From NCBI RefSeq assembly GCF_009914755.1, contig NC_060925.1: a stretch of DNA of 64,000 nucleotides. One strand, given 5' to 3'. This stretch comes from the human T2T-CHM13v2.0 reference genome, Homo sapiens. Position numbers and translations under genes: made by a program. Positions 17,000 to 32,191 of this stretch are shown in pieces. The stretch's first letter is position 1; each line of letters begins with the position of its first letter. Under the pieces are notes generated by a model. It had not been told where the DNA came from, did not search any database, and saw only the letters and a program-made list of their open reading frames with translations.

Positions 17000-19980
17000 T
17001 TTTTATTGAGCACCTACTATGGGTTGGGTGCTGTTCTAGGCATAGGGGATATAATCATGAAGGACAGAGTCTCTTTCTTGTGTTTTTTATGTTCTGGACA
17101 GTAAGTAAACAAATTAACAAGATCATTTTAGGTAAAGATAAGTGCTATGAGAATGAAACATGGTGCTGTCACAGAGTGTGACTAGGAAAGAAGAAGGGCT
17201 AATTTAGATTAGGTATGAGGAAGCCTCACTAAGAAGATAGGTTTGACCTAAGACCTAAAGGATGATGAAGATCTGACATGTGAAAATCTGGGGACAGAAT
17301 GTTTTCAAAGCAAGGGGAAGAGCAACATCAAAGAGGTGAAGCAAACTTCAAGTGTTGTAGGCAAAGGAAGATTATGTACTCTCAGGAGTGGAGTGAGGAG
17401 AAGAGAAGTAGTTCAGGAATTCTAAGAGTAGATGGGGACCAGATAACAAAGGGATTTGAAGGCCTTGCTAAGAAATTTGATTGTGTTCTAAATAGGAACT
17501 TTTGGAGAGTTGGAGAAGTAACATGATATGAATATAGTGTAGAATGGGTATGGTGGCAGAAGTAGAAGCAGACAGACCAGTTGGGAAGCTATTGCTATAG
17601 TCTACCTGGGAGATTATGGTGGCTTTAACCAAAGTGATAATCTAGATTAGTGTTGGCTAATACAGTAGCCAGTGGCCACATGTGGCTGTGTAAATTTAAA
17701 TTAATTAAAATGAAAAATTTGGTTGTCTGGTCACACTAGCCACATTTCAAGTACTTAATAGCTGCATATGTTTAGTGACCACTGTGTTGGACAGAGCAGA
17801 TAAAAAACATTTCTATCGTTGTAGGAAGTTCTGTTCAACAGTCCTGGTCTAGATGGAGAGAAATGGATGGATTTGATATGTATTTTGGAGGGAGAACTAA
17901 TGTATTACTGATGGGTTAGATAAGGAGGAGAAAGAAAGGAATTTTTTTTTTTTTTTTTTTTTTTGCTTAAGCAACTGGGATTTTGGGTTTTGGCTTGAGC
18001 AAGTAGGTAGTGATAGTGGTGTCATTTTCTGAGATGGAAAGAATGGAAAAGAAACATTAGAGAGATGTGAACATTAAGGATATTGTTTTGGCCATGATAA
18101 GCTAAGAATCCATTAGACATGTAAATGGAGATATCATCTATCATCTTTATCTCTCCTGCAACTAGCACAGTAGTAGGTATTCAATAATTACTTGTAGCTC
18201 CATAATGACATTTGAACAAGGTCCTGATGGCTCTAGGAGTCCAAGCAAGAACAAAAGAATGAAAGTGTAAGGAATATGGTGTATTGGGAACAAACAGTCT
18301 GGTTTGTTTGGTGCACAGAGTATGTATAGGGAAGTGGAAAAATAAAGCCAGAAAGGCAGGTTGTTGGTTGATCCATTCATTCAACAGATGACACCATTTA
18401 GGCACTAGGGATACAGCAACAGACAAAAAGGCAACAACAACAAAATCCTTGCTATTATAGAGATTATATTAGTGTGTGGTGGAGGGGTGGTGGGGAAATA
18501 GACAATAAATCCCTTATTATATGTCATATGTTAGACAGTGAAGAGGTGAGGGGATATGCCATGTAGATATCTGAAGGGGGTGAATGTTACACATAGAGGG
18601 AAGAGCAAATACAAAGGAAAGTAGAAATTCCTGCAGGTCAGAGATCAAGGGAGCAGAATGATCTAGGAAGATTAGAGTGAGAGATAAGGTCAGAGACATA
18701 AAGGGCATTATAGGCCATTGTCAGGGCTTTGGCTTTTACTCTTGTCTAAGATGGGAAGCCATTGGAAGGCTTTGATTAGTGGTATGATGTGATCTGACTT
18801 ACATTTAGACTGTAGGTGAGCAAGAGTTGAAGCAGGGAAACCAATTGGGAGTCAATTGCAGTGATCTGTAAAAGATGATGTTAGCTTGAAATACAGCATA
18901 GTGTAGTAGTGTTTAGAAGTAAGCATGTTTTGTATGTACTTTCAAGATAGAGTCAACAGCATTTGCTAACAGATAAAATGTGAGTTGTGAGAGGAAAGAA
19001 GTTAAGGATGACGCCAAGGCATCTGGCCTCGGCGAAAAAACAAGGATGGAGTTGCCAGTAACTGAAGTGGAGAAGATTGTAGGAGGAACAGGTTTGAGGT
19101 GGGATGTTAGGGGGGTGGTTTCAACAATTTAATTTTGGTTTTATGAAGTTGAAATGCTTATTAGACATCCAAGTAGAGATGTAAGTAGGCTGTTGAATAA
19201 GTGAATCTGGAGTTCAGGGGAGAGGTGTAAGCTAGAGAGATAAATTTGGAAGCCATCAGCAGACAGACTGTATTTAAGATATTTAAAGCCCTAAGACTGG
19301 ATGAAATCACCAAGATAAACAAGAAGTCCAAGGACTGGGCTCTAGAACACTATGATGCTAACATGTCTGAAAAATGAGGAGGAACCAGTAAAAGAGAATG
19401 AAAATGATCAGTGAGGTGGGAGGAAAATTAGGGGAATCGGGTATCTTGAAGCCAAGAGAAGAAAGTGTTTTAGGAAAGATCACCAACTGTCCCTTTTACT
19501 GGTGAATATTGAGTAAGATGATAACGGAGAATTGACTGTTGGATTTGGCAACGTGGAGGTTGCTGTTGTCTTTGAAAAGAACCAATTTATTGGAATGATG
19601 AGGGCAAAAACCTGATGTAAAGGGTTTAAGAGGGAATATGAGATAAAAAAGGGGAGATAGTAACTATAGGCAGGAGAGGAGAGACATAGGAGTGGTAACC
19701 AGAAGGAAATGAGGAGTCTAAACAAGGTTAGCTTTTTAAAATGGGAGATATTGTAGAATGTTGGTATGCCAAAAGGAGTGATTCAGTCAAGAGGAAGGAA
19801 TTGATACAAAAGAAAGAGGGGCTAATTATAGAAGCCAAGTCCCTTCGTAGGTGTGGGAGATAATCCAGTGCATAATTGGAGGAGTTAGTCTTTGAAAGTA
19901 TATGACCATGGAGTGGTTGGCTGTGTGTGGTGGAAGAAAAGATAATTAGAAATGAGGCATTCAAAGAACTTAAAGGCCAT
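17000..19980 (-). mobile_element. L2 LINE fragments (several, interrupted by MER3)
   Basis: Purine-rich antisense L2 motifs (tttattgagcacctactatg; gggaagccattggaagg; ttagacatccaagtagagatg; tggagttcaggggagagg). Confidence 0.75.
17648..17846. mobile_element. MER3-like hAT-Charlie MITE
   Basis: gtagccagtggccacatgtggctg...cacactagccacatttcaagt...; flanked by the 8-bp TSD atctagat/gtctagat. Confidence 0.8.
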
Positions 19981-21277
19981 ATGTTAAGATATTTTAAGCC
20001 TTAAGACTGGATGCGGTTACCAAAGATATGAGTACAGATAAACAAGAAGTCCAAGGACTGAGCTCTAGAGCACTATGATGTTAACATGTCTGTTTATATC
20101 ACAGATTATCTATAAAGATATCACTTACACCTAAAACAGTGACAGTAGTAGCAATGGGGAAAAAGACATTAATTCAGAATGAGAAGGAGTTAGTAAGAAG
20201 ATTGATTGATGACTATAATGTGAAAAGGTATGAGGAGGTATTATCTGATGGCCTGCACTTCAAAGACAATGAGATTTTTGAGGGAGGAAGTTTTGGGTAA
20301 GAATTTCTTTTAGATCAGAATTCATTCATTACTAGACTATGCAAATTTGCCAGCATTTAAGATTTCATTAAATTAATGTGAATTAATGCATCTAGGCTCT
20401 GATCAACAGTGGCTTCCAATGTGTCAGAAAAAGAGACACATTATATGCCTTTGGCTAGAGGTACACTACACTACTTAGTCTTTCAAATGAAAACAAAAAT
20501 TGCAAAAATGAAACAAATCTGATCAAGTATCTAGATTTAAGAGTGGGTTAGAAATTGTGCATTTTGCTGCTATAAAGGATGGAACAACAAAATTCATACT
20601 GTGGAATCCTCTTTAACAAACTAACTGGTTTCTTCCACAAAAGAATGCAAGAAAAAAACAACAGAGATAGAGGAGCAACCTATAAATTAGAAGAGACATA
20701 AGAGACAAATGAGCCAATTACAATATATTGATTGTGTTTGTATCAATAAATCTTCTGATTGGATATTTGATGACATTCATGGTTTTTTAAATTTATGCAT
20801 GATAACAATATTTTGCATATTGTGCATACACACATATATTTTTAAGTTATCCTTTAGAGATATGTACAGATTTATTTACAAAGGAAGTGAAATCCAAATT
20901 CAATGTGAAATGATGACTGAAAACATATACTTTTACAAAGTTAATAACCAAGACATTAATTACCTTAGACTCTAGAATGTTATAGAAAGTTTGACTTATT
21001 CTATATGTCCATACATAAATAAGAAAAGTACTGTCAACTCAATAAACATGGGCAAAAGACACAGCATTTTCTACGAAGAAATGTATATGGTGTTTTGCAA
21101 CTGTTGGAGAATATATAAATCCACCAGTTTTCTAAAGATTTTATCATTGCCAAACTTTCTTTGGAAAACTGTCTTTGGTATTATCTTTTCAATTGGAACA
21201 TACACAATAACTATGACTCAGCAGTTGCACTCATCAGTGTATATCAAGGAGAAAATCTTGCCATGTAGAAGAATGTT

Positions 21278-21695
21278 CGTGTTAGTCCATTTTTACATTA
21301 CTATAAAGGAATACTGAAGGCTGGGTAATTTATAAAGAAAAGAGGTTTAATTGGCCCACAGTTCTGCAGGCTGTACAGGAAACATGGTGCTGGCTTTTAC
21401 TTCTAGTAAGGGTCTCAGGAAGCTTACAATCATGACAGAAGGCAACTGGCAGCCAGGGTGTCACATGGTGAGGGAGAGCAAGAGAGGAAGGAGGAAGAGC
21501 CAGTCTCCTTTAAACAACCAGCTCTCTTATGAACTGAGCAAGAATTCACTTATTACTGAGGCAATGGTGCTAAACCATTCATGAGGGATGGATCTACCCC
21601 CATGATCCAATCACCTCCCACCAGTCCCCATGTTCAACATTGGGAATCACATTTCAACATGAGATTTGGAGGGGATGAACATACAAACCATATTA
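21278..21695 (-). mobile_element. MaLR solo LTR (MSTA-like) with 5-bp TSD atgtt, nested in an old L1M
   Basis: gtgttagtccatttt...ctgggtaatttataaagaaaagaggtttaattg...aaaccatatta; atgtt at 21273-21277 and 21696-21700. Confidence 0.9.
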
Positions 21696-21718
21696 ATGTT
21701 CACAGCAGCAAATAATAG

Positions 21719-22072
<354 letters not shown>

Positions 22073-24283
22073 TAAATACAATAGGATATAACAATGGTCA
22101 AATCAAATAACTACAGCAAACACAACAATAGGATTGAATCTCAATAAAATAACTACTAGAATATTACATAGAGCGTGATACCTGGTTTTTAAAGCAAAGA
22201 AGAGTTTAACATATATATGAATTTGAATTATTCATATATATGAAATATACATATGTAGAGAGAGGGGATACACACACATGCATATGTACATATATAAACT
22301 GTATAAAAGAGGTGGGGAGGAAAGGATAAACAGGGTGTTCAGGATGACAGCTGCATTGGGTGAGAAGCAATGGGATGGGGAAGGCGGATCCCTATATTAA
22401 TTAGTTGGAAGCTGTTGTCAAGGTCTTGGCCTTTTTGTCTGAGTGATGGGTTTGTAGGTATTACATTATTAAAAATAGTAATTAAATAAAAGGTCATTCA
22501 TGGACTACTGAAGACAAGTGTCATCAACCAAGCATGATTGCTACATTTCTATGTAACTGAGTTCTAACTAAAGAAAAATCTTATGTGTATGTAGCTACAT
22601 AAATAATATTCTAAAATCTCAATAGATTTTACCACCAAAAAGGTGTACTCATGAATGTTGATTTTTGGCTAACTTTGGAAAGATTTCTATTTTTTTTGAT
22701 TTTCATATACTATTTTATGTGGCTATTTCCTAAAAATGCGTATAACTTGGTCAACTGGAAAATGCTTAGGATTTTTCTGGATTATTAATTTATTTTTACC
22801 AATTAGAAATGCTGTTTCTGAAAAATTTTTAAACTACATTAGTTTATTTCTCTGCTGTACTAGGAAAATAATACTGAGAAGTATGAGTGATTCATGATTG
22901 AATTTCTTGTAATGCTTCAATATACTTGTATTTTAGACAGCACAAGAGATTTGACTTACTCAGGCCAGGCTTAGAATGTAATCCTGGAATTTGCCTTTTC
23001 CACTAAATCCTTAATGTAAAACTGTCTTTTTAAGACGTCTTCCTTCTGAAATTTGTTTCCCTTTGTCCCTACCCCATTGTGGTTAGGGGTGGGGGACAAA
23101 GGGAAATTTTATTGGTTGAAGTTTTGCTGTAATTTTGCTATGATTTTTCAGTTTCAGATTACTCTGGTTTTGGCTCTAAGCACTCACGTTATTTAAAAGT
23201 GCTAATTTATACATTTACTTAAATACCTACTTTGTTATAGGCACTTTACTAAATACATATTCATTAATCAAATTATTGTAATAATAAAAACATATAATTA
23301 CAAACTGAGATGCGTGGTCTGAAGCTCAGGAAAACGCATCTGTGAGTGCAAAAAGGCACCTCACCTGGACTTAGGAAGTGACTTTTAAGCTGAGATCTAA
23401 AGGATGATTAGGGCTCACTCAGGTCATAGTATAGGATTCAGGTCAGTGAAAACAGCTTATACAAAGGAGCTGTAGCAGGAGGAGGTACAGCATGACTAAC
23501 ACTGAAAAATGTAGTATGACTCAGTGTTGTGACTCAAAGGTGAGACCAAACAACAGAGATGGCAAGGGCCTGATTTATTCAGGACCTAAGAGCAATGGGA
23601 AACCTTTGAAGATTCTAAATTGAGAGGCTACTGGAGATCATATTTGTGTTTGAAGAGAATCTTTATTTAATGTCTGTCTTTCTGGCTAAACTGTAAGCTC
23701 CACGAGTAGAGGCACCAACTTTTGATCTCACCGAGTACAATACAAGTAGGTACTCAATAAATGTTGTGTCACCATTTAATAGCTTAGTGCCTGGCAGACA
23801 GTAAGTGCTTAGTAACGTTATGATTTTCATTGCTCTAGACTGGCCTTTAGTGTAAGACAGTGGCTGCTAAGGATTTAGAGGTTTCATGAAATAATTAATT
23901 CCAAGAATATCTGTTGAAGACCTGTGATATACTCAGAAATGGCAGCTAAATTTATTTATTAGAATGTCATCACTTCTTTTCTTTTGTGCCCCATCTAGGA
24001 TGTACAGAGCACAAAAGTGATTGAAAATTGTTACTAAATCAGACCAACCTACAGTGAGGTGCTACAGCAGATGCACCTGCCCTACAGTATTCAGTTTACG
24101 TGATCACTTTGGTGCTTGTAAAGATAGCTTTTATAAAACTATTTCTTCTAGAGTTCTCAGTATAATTACCTTTCCAAAGTTCATTTGAAATAGTCTCAAT
24201 TCTTCTTCAGTCATATTCGTTTATTTTATATAAATTAGAATACCTTGCCATGTTTCTTCCCAAAGACTAATGATTGCCATTCA

Positions 24284-24597
<314 letters not shown>

Positions 24598-24744
24598 TAA
24601 CTAATTTTAACGTCTCCAAAACTTGGTTTGGTAAAATTGTGTATAGGGGTGTAAGTTGTAGTTTTTGGGAAAAAAATTTATTTTATCAAATAAAGCTAAT
24701 TTTTTTTCTTAGTTTTTAATGTGCCCAGCTTTGGATGCCTAGAA

Positions 24745-24757
24745 ACACAGACAGACA

Positions 24758-24792
<35 letters not shown>
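24745..24792. repeat. (CAGA)n(CA)n microsatellite
   Basis: Direct reading. Confidence 0.95.
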
Positions 24793-24795
<3 letters not shown>

Positions 24796-24985
24796 TAATT
24801 TTTCATGATGGGAATTGTTTAACATTTACAAAAGTAACGCGGTGAAACCCCATGCATGTCTTATTCACCTTCAACAGTAGTCAATTCATTGTTTTATCTA
24901 CGCCAGATTATTTTGAAGCAAATCTCAACATTATCTTTTTAATCTGTAAACTCTTCAGTATCTACTCTAGAAAATACTTTTTTAA

Positions 24986-25323
<338 letters not shown>

Positions 25324-25618
25324 TATCACATCTTAATTAAAATAATTAACAACATTATCCACCACTAATCAGCATGTAGACTTTCCTGATTGTTTCATAA
25401 ATGGTTTTTAAAGTTGGTTTATTTGAATCAGAATCAAAATAAGTCTATACAGCATAATTGGTCAATATGTCTCTTAAGTTACTTTTAACGTATAGTTTAT
25501 CCTTTCCCTTTTTTTCTTGCATTTTATTTGTTGAGGAAATGGTCATTTTTCACTTCCTGGATTTTGCTGAATGTATCCCTGTAGTATCATGTTACGTGTC
25601 CAGGAAAATATATGTATG

Positions 25619-25902
25619 TTTTACAGAAATGAGGTCTTGCTATGTTGCCCAGGCTGGTAAAATACTGACTTTAGAAGATATATTCCACTTAATTGCCAAC
25701 ATGAAGCCTATGCTTTTCAAAATCGGTTCCATAAAATCATGTTGAAGATCAGTTATTTTCTTTTCTTAGCACTTTCATGTATGTTCTGTTTTAGTTTGTT
25801 TTGCTGTCAATTCCCCAAAACATTGCCCTGAGCTCAAGTGATTCTCCCACCTTGGCCTTCCAAAGTGCTGGGATTACAGGCATGAGCCATAGTGTCTGGC
25901 CC
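25619..25902 (-). mobile_element. Alu left monomer (FLAM_C-like) interrupted by a 166-bp non-Alu insertion
   Basis: gaggtcttgctatgttgcccaggctggt [insert 25660-25825] cctgagctcaagtgattctcccaccttggcc... Confidence 0.9.
25660..25825 (+). repeat. Direct repeat copy A (166 bp; partner 26514-26679)
   Basis: Ungapped hand alignment, 12 mismatches in 166. Confidence 0.97.
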
Positions 25903-26240
25903 AAGTATATTTTCTGTTTATCTTTAAATATGTGATACCTCATCTCCTTTTACTGTAAACAAATTTTTGTTTATATGGAAAAATTAGTTGTTGAAGAGGG
26001 AAAGATTTCAAAAATTATGTAAACTTGAAAGGGAGGATCTAAAGGAACGGCCGTGAGCCTCAAGAAATAGAATAATTTTGTAATGGTCCGTGTTTATTGC
26101 TCTGTGATTATTTTGATAACATGTAATTTGTTGCCATCTTAAAGTATTATAAAACATTGAAATATAAAATTGTAGCAAGAGTAGATATACCAGTTTGATT
26201 TTGGTTAAAGTAACATACTTTGTTAACTTTTTTTAATTAA

Positions 26241-26375
<135 letters not shown>

Positions 26376-26513
26376 TAAACTAATAAAAAGGAAAGTATTG
26401 GGACATAGAACAATGCAAAGATATCTTCAAGGTTGAAGTTGCTTTTATGGTAGTGCTCAACTAAACATGTAGAGTGTTAGATAAATTTTCTTTCTTAAAA
26501 AGCATTCCTTTTG

Positions 26514-26679
26514 AAATACTGATTTTAGAAAATATGTTTCACTTAATTGCCAACATGATGCGTATGCTTTTTAAAATCTGTTCCATAAAATCATGTTGAA
26601 GATCAGTTATTTCCTTTTCTTAGCACTTTCACATATGTTCTGTTTTAGTTTGTTTTACTGTCAATTCCCCAAAACATTG
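26514..26679 (+). repeat. Direct repeat copy B (probable donor, intron 3)
   Basis: aaatactgattttagaaa...aattccccaaaacattg. Confidence 0.97.
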
Positions 26680-26883
26680 TGCACATTTAATAATATTAAT
26701 TGAAATTTAAATATTTCTGCTTAGCGACAAAGACAAACTTGTCTTTTGACATGTTGAGCTTTGACAAGCTTTTGGTTGGTTTATTTTGTCTGATTTGTTG
26801 AGAATTCCAACATAATTCTAGCTTGCTTAATTATATTTAGCCTAATTATGAAATTAAAACTCTTGTCAAATAGATGTCTCAGA

Positions 26884-27176
26884 TTTTTTTTTTTTTTTTT
26901 TTTTTTGAGACAGACTCTTGCTCTGTTGCCCAGGCTGGAGCGCAGTGGCATGATCTCAGCTCACTGCAACCTCTGCCTCCTGGTACAAGCAATTCTCGTG
27001 TCCCACTCTCCTGAGTAGCTGGAACTACAGGTGCATGTCACCATGCCCGGCTAATTTTTGTATTTTTAGTAGAGATGGAGTTTCACCTTATTGGTCAGGC
27101 TGGTCTCAAACTCCTGACCTCAGGTAATCCACCTGCCTTGGCTGGGATTACAGGCATGAGCCACTGTGCCCAGCCC
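26884..27176 (-). mobile_element. Alu (AluSx-like) with a small internal deletion, ending just upstream of the exon 4 acceptor
   Basis: Antisense Alu; ccttggctgggattaca lacks ctcccaaagtg. Confidence 0.93.
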
Positions 27177-27213
27177 CAGATATTCTTAATGCAGTTTCTT
27201 TTGTGCTTGATAG

Positions 27214-27363
<150 letters not shown>

Positions 27364-28601
27364 TAACTCCAGGGTTGTTCAGAAAGGTACTAGCTACCTT
27401 TTAAAGCATAACAACTCATTGAACTAAGAACTTTACTTTTCAACCTTGTACGTTCTGTACCATGAAAAGGAATTAACTGAAATCTCCTCAGTAGCTTTTT
27501 TTTTTCATTTAATTAAATTTTCATTAATTTTCATTAAATACACTTTAAAAATGCAGATACCTCTAGAGAAGTTAGAAGGTTGTCATCAAGATAAATCCAT
27601 TCAATCTGCATTTTCTCCTAAGGAAATGATGCATAACTGTTTTTTTGTTTTTTTTTTTTTTGAAGAGAGGGGAGGAGTCCCAGACTTCTTTGAAAATCTC
27701 ATGAAAGTATGGGCACTTTCCCTGATGAATGCATATAAACCAAGGTACCTGAAAATATGCATGCAGTTGGAAAAAAGCCCTTCTGAACTGATCCACAAAG
27801 AGGTCCTTAGGTGTAACGTCTAATAACTTGATTAGAGAACAGTTTTTGTCAGGGGTAAAAGGTACATAAAATGTGATTTTTATACTCCAAACACTTTCTG
27901 GGATAAACATACGTGGAAAGGATGCCTTAATAGGGTATTTGAGAAAAAGACTAGGAAGTGAGAGATTAAAGAGAAAGAGATAGAAAGGTACAGGCTATTG
28001 TTGCCTATTTGTGGTCTATACCTTGTCTTTAATCTAAAAACCTGGAAACTACTTTCTCTATTTCTCTTCCTTCTCTAAATCATGAAACTTATTTATTACT
28101 ATAGCTCAGCTAGATTTTTGGTTCAATAGATTATTTTTTCCATGTTGAATTAAATATTTCTAAATTAAAAACTTTTGGAACATAATCTCTTTATGAGGTG
28201 GGGCCCATCTGGTTTCTAATTACAGAATTTAAAGAGGCTTTTGAAAGCACAGGGCAAAAAAGTAGTAGTCTCTATTTTATTCTTTCAACTATGGAAATAG
28301 GTAAATAATATTTTGATGCTTTCATGTTTGGGAAAGTTAATATGCTTCAGAATAACCTCATTTGTGATGGGAATCAACATTTTTATTTAGAAAGGAAATT
28401 TAGTTTCACTCATATATGTGATGTGCTTTAGCTTTTTGTTACAGTGTAAGCACTCTGAGACGGTCTCTTTCCAGTTAAATGCTTTCCACTGCTTTTTTTT
28501 AATAACTTAAAAAAAAATGATATATGGAGGATCCAGGACTTGAAATTTTGCTCATATTTATATGACTTTATCTACTTTTAAAAATATCTAGCACCAAGTA
28601 A

Positions 28602-28709
<108 letters not shown>

Positions 28710-29326
28710 TAATAATCAGTGAAGCATAAGCTTTTTGTAATCTTGTGTTCATTTTGATAACATTTAATTACAATATATTCTCTATGGAAGGTAAGATTTT
28801 AACATGGTAGAAATGGATTATTCATTTATTTTTCCACTGTTAAAGGGATAATGGTTATATCAAAAAATGTTAAACATTTCATTTAGATGTCATTATAAAT
28901 ATACTTACGAAGTTTTCCCCATTAGAAAAATAACTGAAGTAGATCCTGATTTAACATATCTTTCATTTTACAAAAGTGCAGATAAGAGAGTAAGAATTTG
29001 CTAAATTTAAGCTAGTGTCATTTATTTATTAGATATAGTTCTTTAATAATACCTTGCATATTTTCCAAAGTATATAGAGCATTGTTTTATATTTTGTGTT
29101 TGGAAAAACGAGATTTTGGGGGAAAATATTGTTTCATGAAATTACACAAGTAGAGATTGTGTAGTTACTCATAACTTATTCATTGGTACATTATAAAAAT
29201 GTTTATACAGATTGCAGTGGTAAACTCAAGTCTTTCTACAGTGATCAACGTGTGATTTTAAAAGTTAACAGAATCCTATAAGAGAAAATATGGTTAAAGT
29301 ATTATTGCAAATAGCAGATAAAGAAT

Positions 29327-29681
29327 TATCTTAGTCCATTTGGGCTGCTATAAGAAAGATACAATAAAGGTGATAGCTTATAAACAACAGAAATGTATTT
29401 CTCACAGTTCTGAAGTCTGGGAAGTCCAAGATCAAGATTTGGTATCTGGTGAGGGTCTGCTTCCTAATAGACTACTGTATGCTCACTGTAACTTCACATG
29501 GTGAAAGGGACAAGGGATCTCTCTGGGGTCGCTCTTATAAGGGCACTAATCCCATTCATGAGAACTCTGCACTAGTGACCTAATCACCCCCCTTAAGTCC
29601 CCACCTCCTAATACTATCTCCTTGGGGGTTAGGATTTCAACACATGAATTTTGAGAGGACATAAGCATTCAGTCCATTGCA
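29327..29681 (-). mobile_element. MaLR solo LTR (MLT1A-like)
   Basis: cttagtccatttgggctgctataa...tttctcacagttctg...gaagtccaagatcaag...cattcagtccattgca. Confidence 0.82.
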
Positions 29682-30057
29682 AGGAGTTTGAACAATACAG
29701 CAAATGATGTAAACAATCACCATTTTTTATATAAACAGATTATATTCTTTTCATTAGAATAGTAAAGATTTACTTTGTTACCTCAGACCCAGGTTTGAGT
29801 ATGGTAATATGCTATCATGGGAATTGTAATGCTGTAGAAACGTAAGAGAAAAAAGGAATAATACTATAAGCATAGGTTATCTGGATCAAAGATGATTTTA
29901 GTCATATGAGTTAGGAAGTGATGAGAATAGAAATAGTAAGTACTCAGGATAATGTGATACAGGATAAATACTGTCTACACAGTACTAATTAAGTACTTTA
30001 ATGTTTTAAATATCTCTCTCTCTATATATATGATATATTATATATATATATATATAT

Positions 30058-30344
30058 TTTTTGTTTTGAGATAGAGTCTCGCTCTGTCACCTAGGCTAGA
30101 GTGCAGTGGCACAATCTCAGCTCACTGTACCACCTCCTGGGCTCAGATGATCCTCCCACCTCAGCCTTCTGAGTAGCTGGGACTAAGATGTGCACCACCA
30201 TCCCTGGCTATTTTTTGTATTTTTAGTAGAAACAGCGTTTCACCATGTTGCCCAGGCTGGCCTCAAACTCGTAGCCTCAAGCAATCCGCCCGCCTCAGCC
30301 TCCCAAAGTACTAGGATTACAGGTGTGAGCTACCGTGACCAGCC
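30058..30344 (-). mobile_element. Alu (AluJ-like) with (TC)n(TA)n-expanded tail (30013-30057)
   Basis: Antisense Alu consensus. Confidence 0.9.
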
Positions 30345-30690
30345 TTAATATTCTTTAAAGGTGTGCCAGGGGTAGAAATTCTATTATATGTATACATTAT
30401 ATATATGTTTTCTTTCTTGTAATAGTTCTTTGGGAAAAAGATTTAACCTATACACCATAGTATTTTTTCAAGTTTGTGGTCATCTACTTTGTTTCCCTCA
30501 AAAATCAACCACAGAAAGTATTATATGTTTTAATTCGTATGTTTCAGTTAAATGAATTTGTGACAAATAAAAATACCCTATTCACTTGGCAGGCTTGAAT
30601 AGTAGTTGGCTAGCCCCATTACTCTCTTTGGGGAACAAACACTGAATATTGGGGAGCAGCCATGGACTTCATTAAAGACCTTGGAAATGA

Positions 30691-31014
<324 letters not shown>

Positions 31015-31864
31015 TGATTTTTCTTTTTGTTTCTGTTCTGCATATTTTCTCATAGGAATAATAATGTTAATTAAATGATTCTCCCAAAGTCTCATTTCCT
31101 GCCCTCACCACCTCACCCCAGTACTCATGCTTCAGCCACATTGAACTTGTCCTTGTTTCTCAAACCTAACATAGATTTTATGCCTTCATGTCTTTGTTTA
31201 TATTATTCACTTTGCCTTGATGTCTTTTCTTGTTTCTTTTTTGACCTGATAGACTTCCATTCATCCATTAAAGTTCATGCCACCCCTTTTGTGATTTCCA
31301 CACGTGCTTCCATTTCTGTTTTATCAACATTTTGTTCATGCTTTTATTATTTAATCCTCATCCTGTATCTAGTTATTTCTCAGTGTGTCTTTTTTCTCTC
31401 TTAAATTATGATATCAGGGTAGAGAGTGTGTCTTATTCATCTTTGACTACACAATGCTAAAAGGCCTGGAAAGATGGTATGCTTAGAAAGTGTCTGAAGA
31501 AATTTCAAATGGAGAAATAGGGTGAGATTTTGTATTTTACATATGGTTAAAGACATAAAGCATAAAAAGTTTTGCTAAGTTTTTGAATTCAATAGCTGCT
31601 AGTCAGCTTACTGTGAAGGCTTTTTTGTCACTTGAGAAAGTTTGGAAAGTGCCATTGCTGATGCGCCTATGAATATGACCTTTGTATATCCCACACCTGT
31701 GTATAGTAGCAAGATGATTCACTGCATCCTGCCTATGACTTATCAAGGCATGTTTCTTAGAGGTTTTTTCTTCTTACCTAAGATTTCATCCGTGTTTGTT
31801 TACAAACATGTTCTTTTGACATCTTTCCAGAACTCTTTCCCCTTTTCATCATTAGCCAGCAAAG

Positions 31865-31866
<2 letters not shown>

Positions 31867-31899
<33 letters not shown>

Positions 31900-32191
31900 G
31901 CAGGGTCTCACTCTGTCGCCCAGGCTGGAGTGCAGTGGTGTGATCACAGCTCACTGTAGGTAGCCTCAACCTCCCAAGCTGAGGTGTTCCTCCCACCCCA
32001 GGCTCCTGAGTAGCTGGGACTATAGGCACAAGCCACCACACCCAGCTAATTTTTTTTAATTTTTTTATTTTTAGTAGAAATGGAGTTTTGCCATGTTGCC
32101 CAGGCTGGTCTTGAACTTCTGGGCTCAAGCAATCCACCCACCTTGCCCTCCCAAAGTGCTGGGATTACAAGTGTGAGTCGTTGCACCCAGT
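31867..32191 (-). mobile_element. Alu (AluJ-like) with long poly-T
   Basis: Antisense Alu consensus. Confidence 0.92.
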
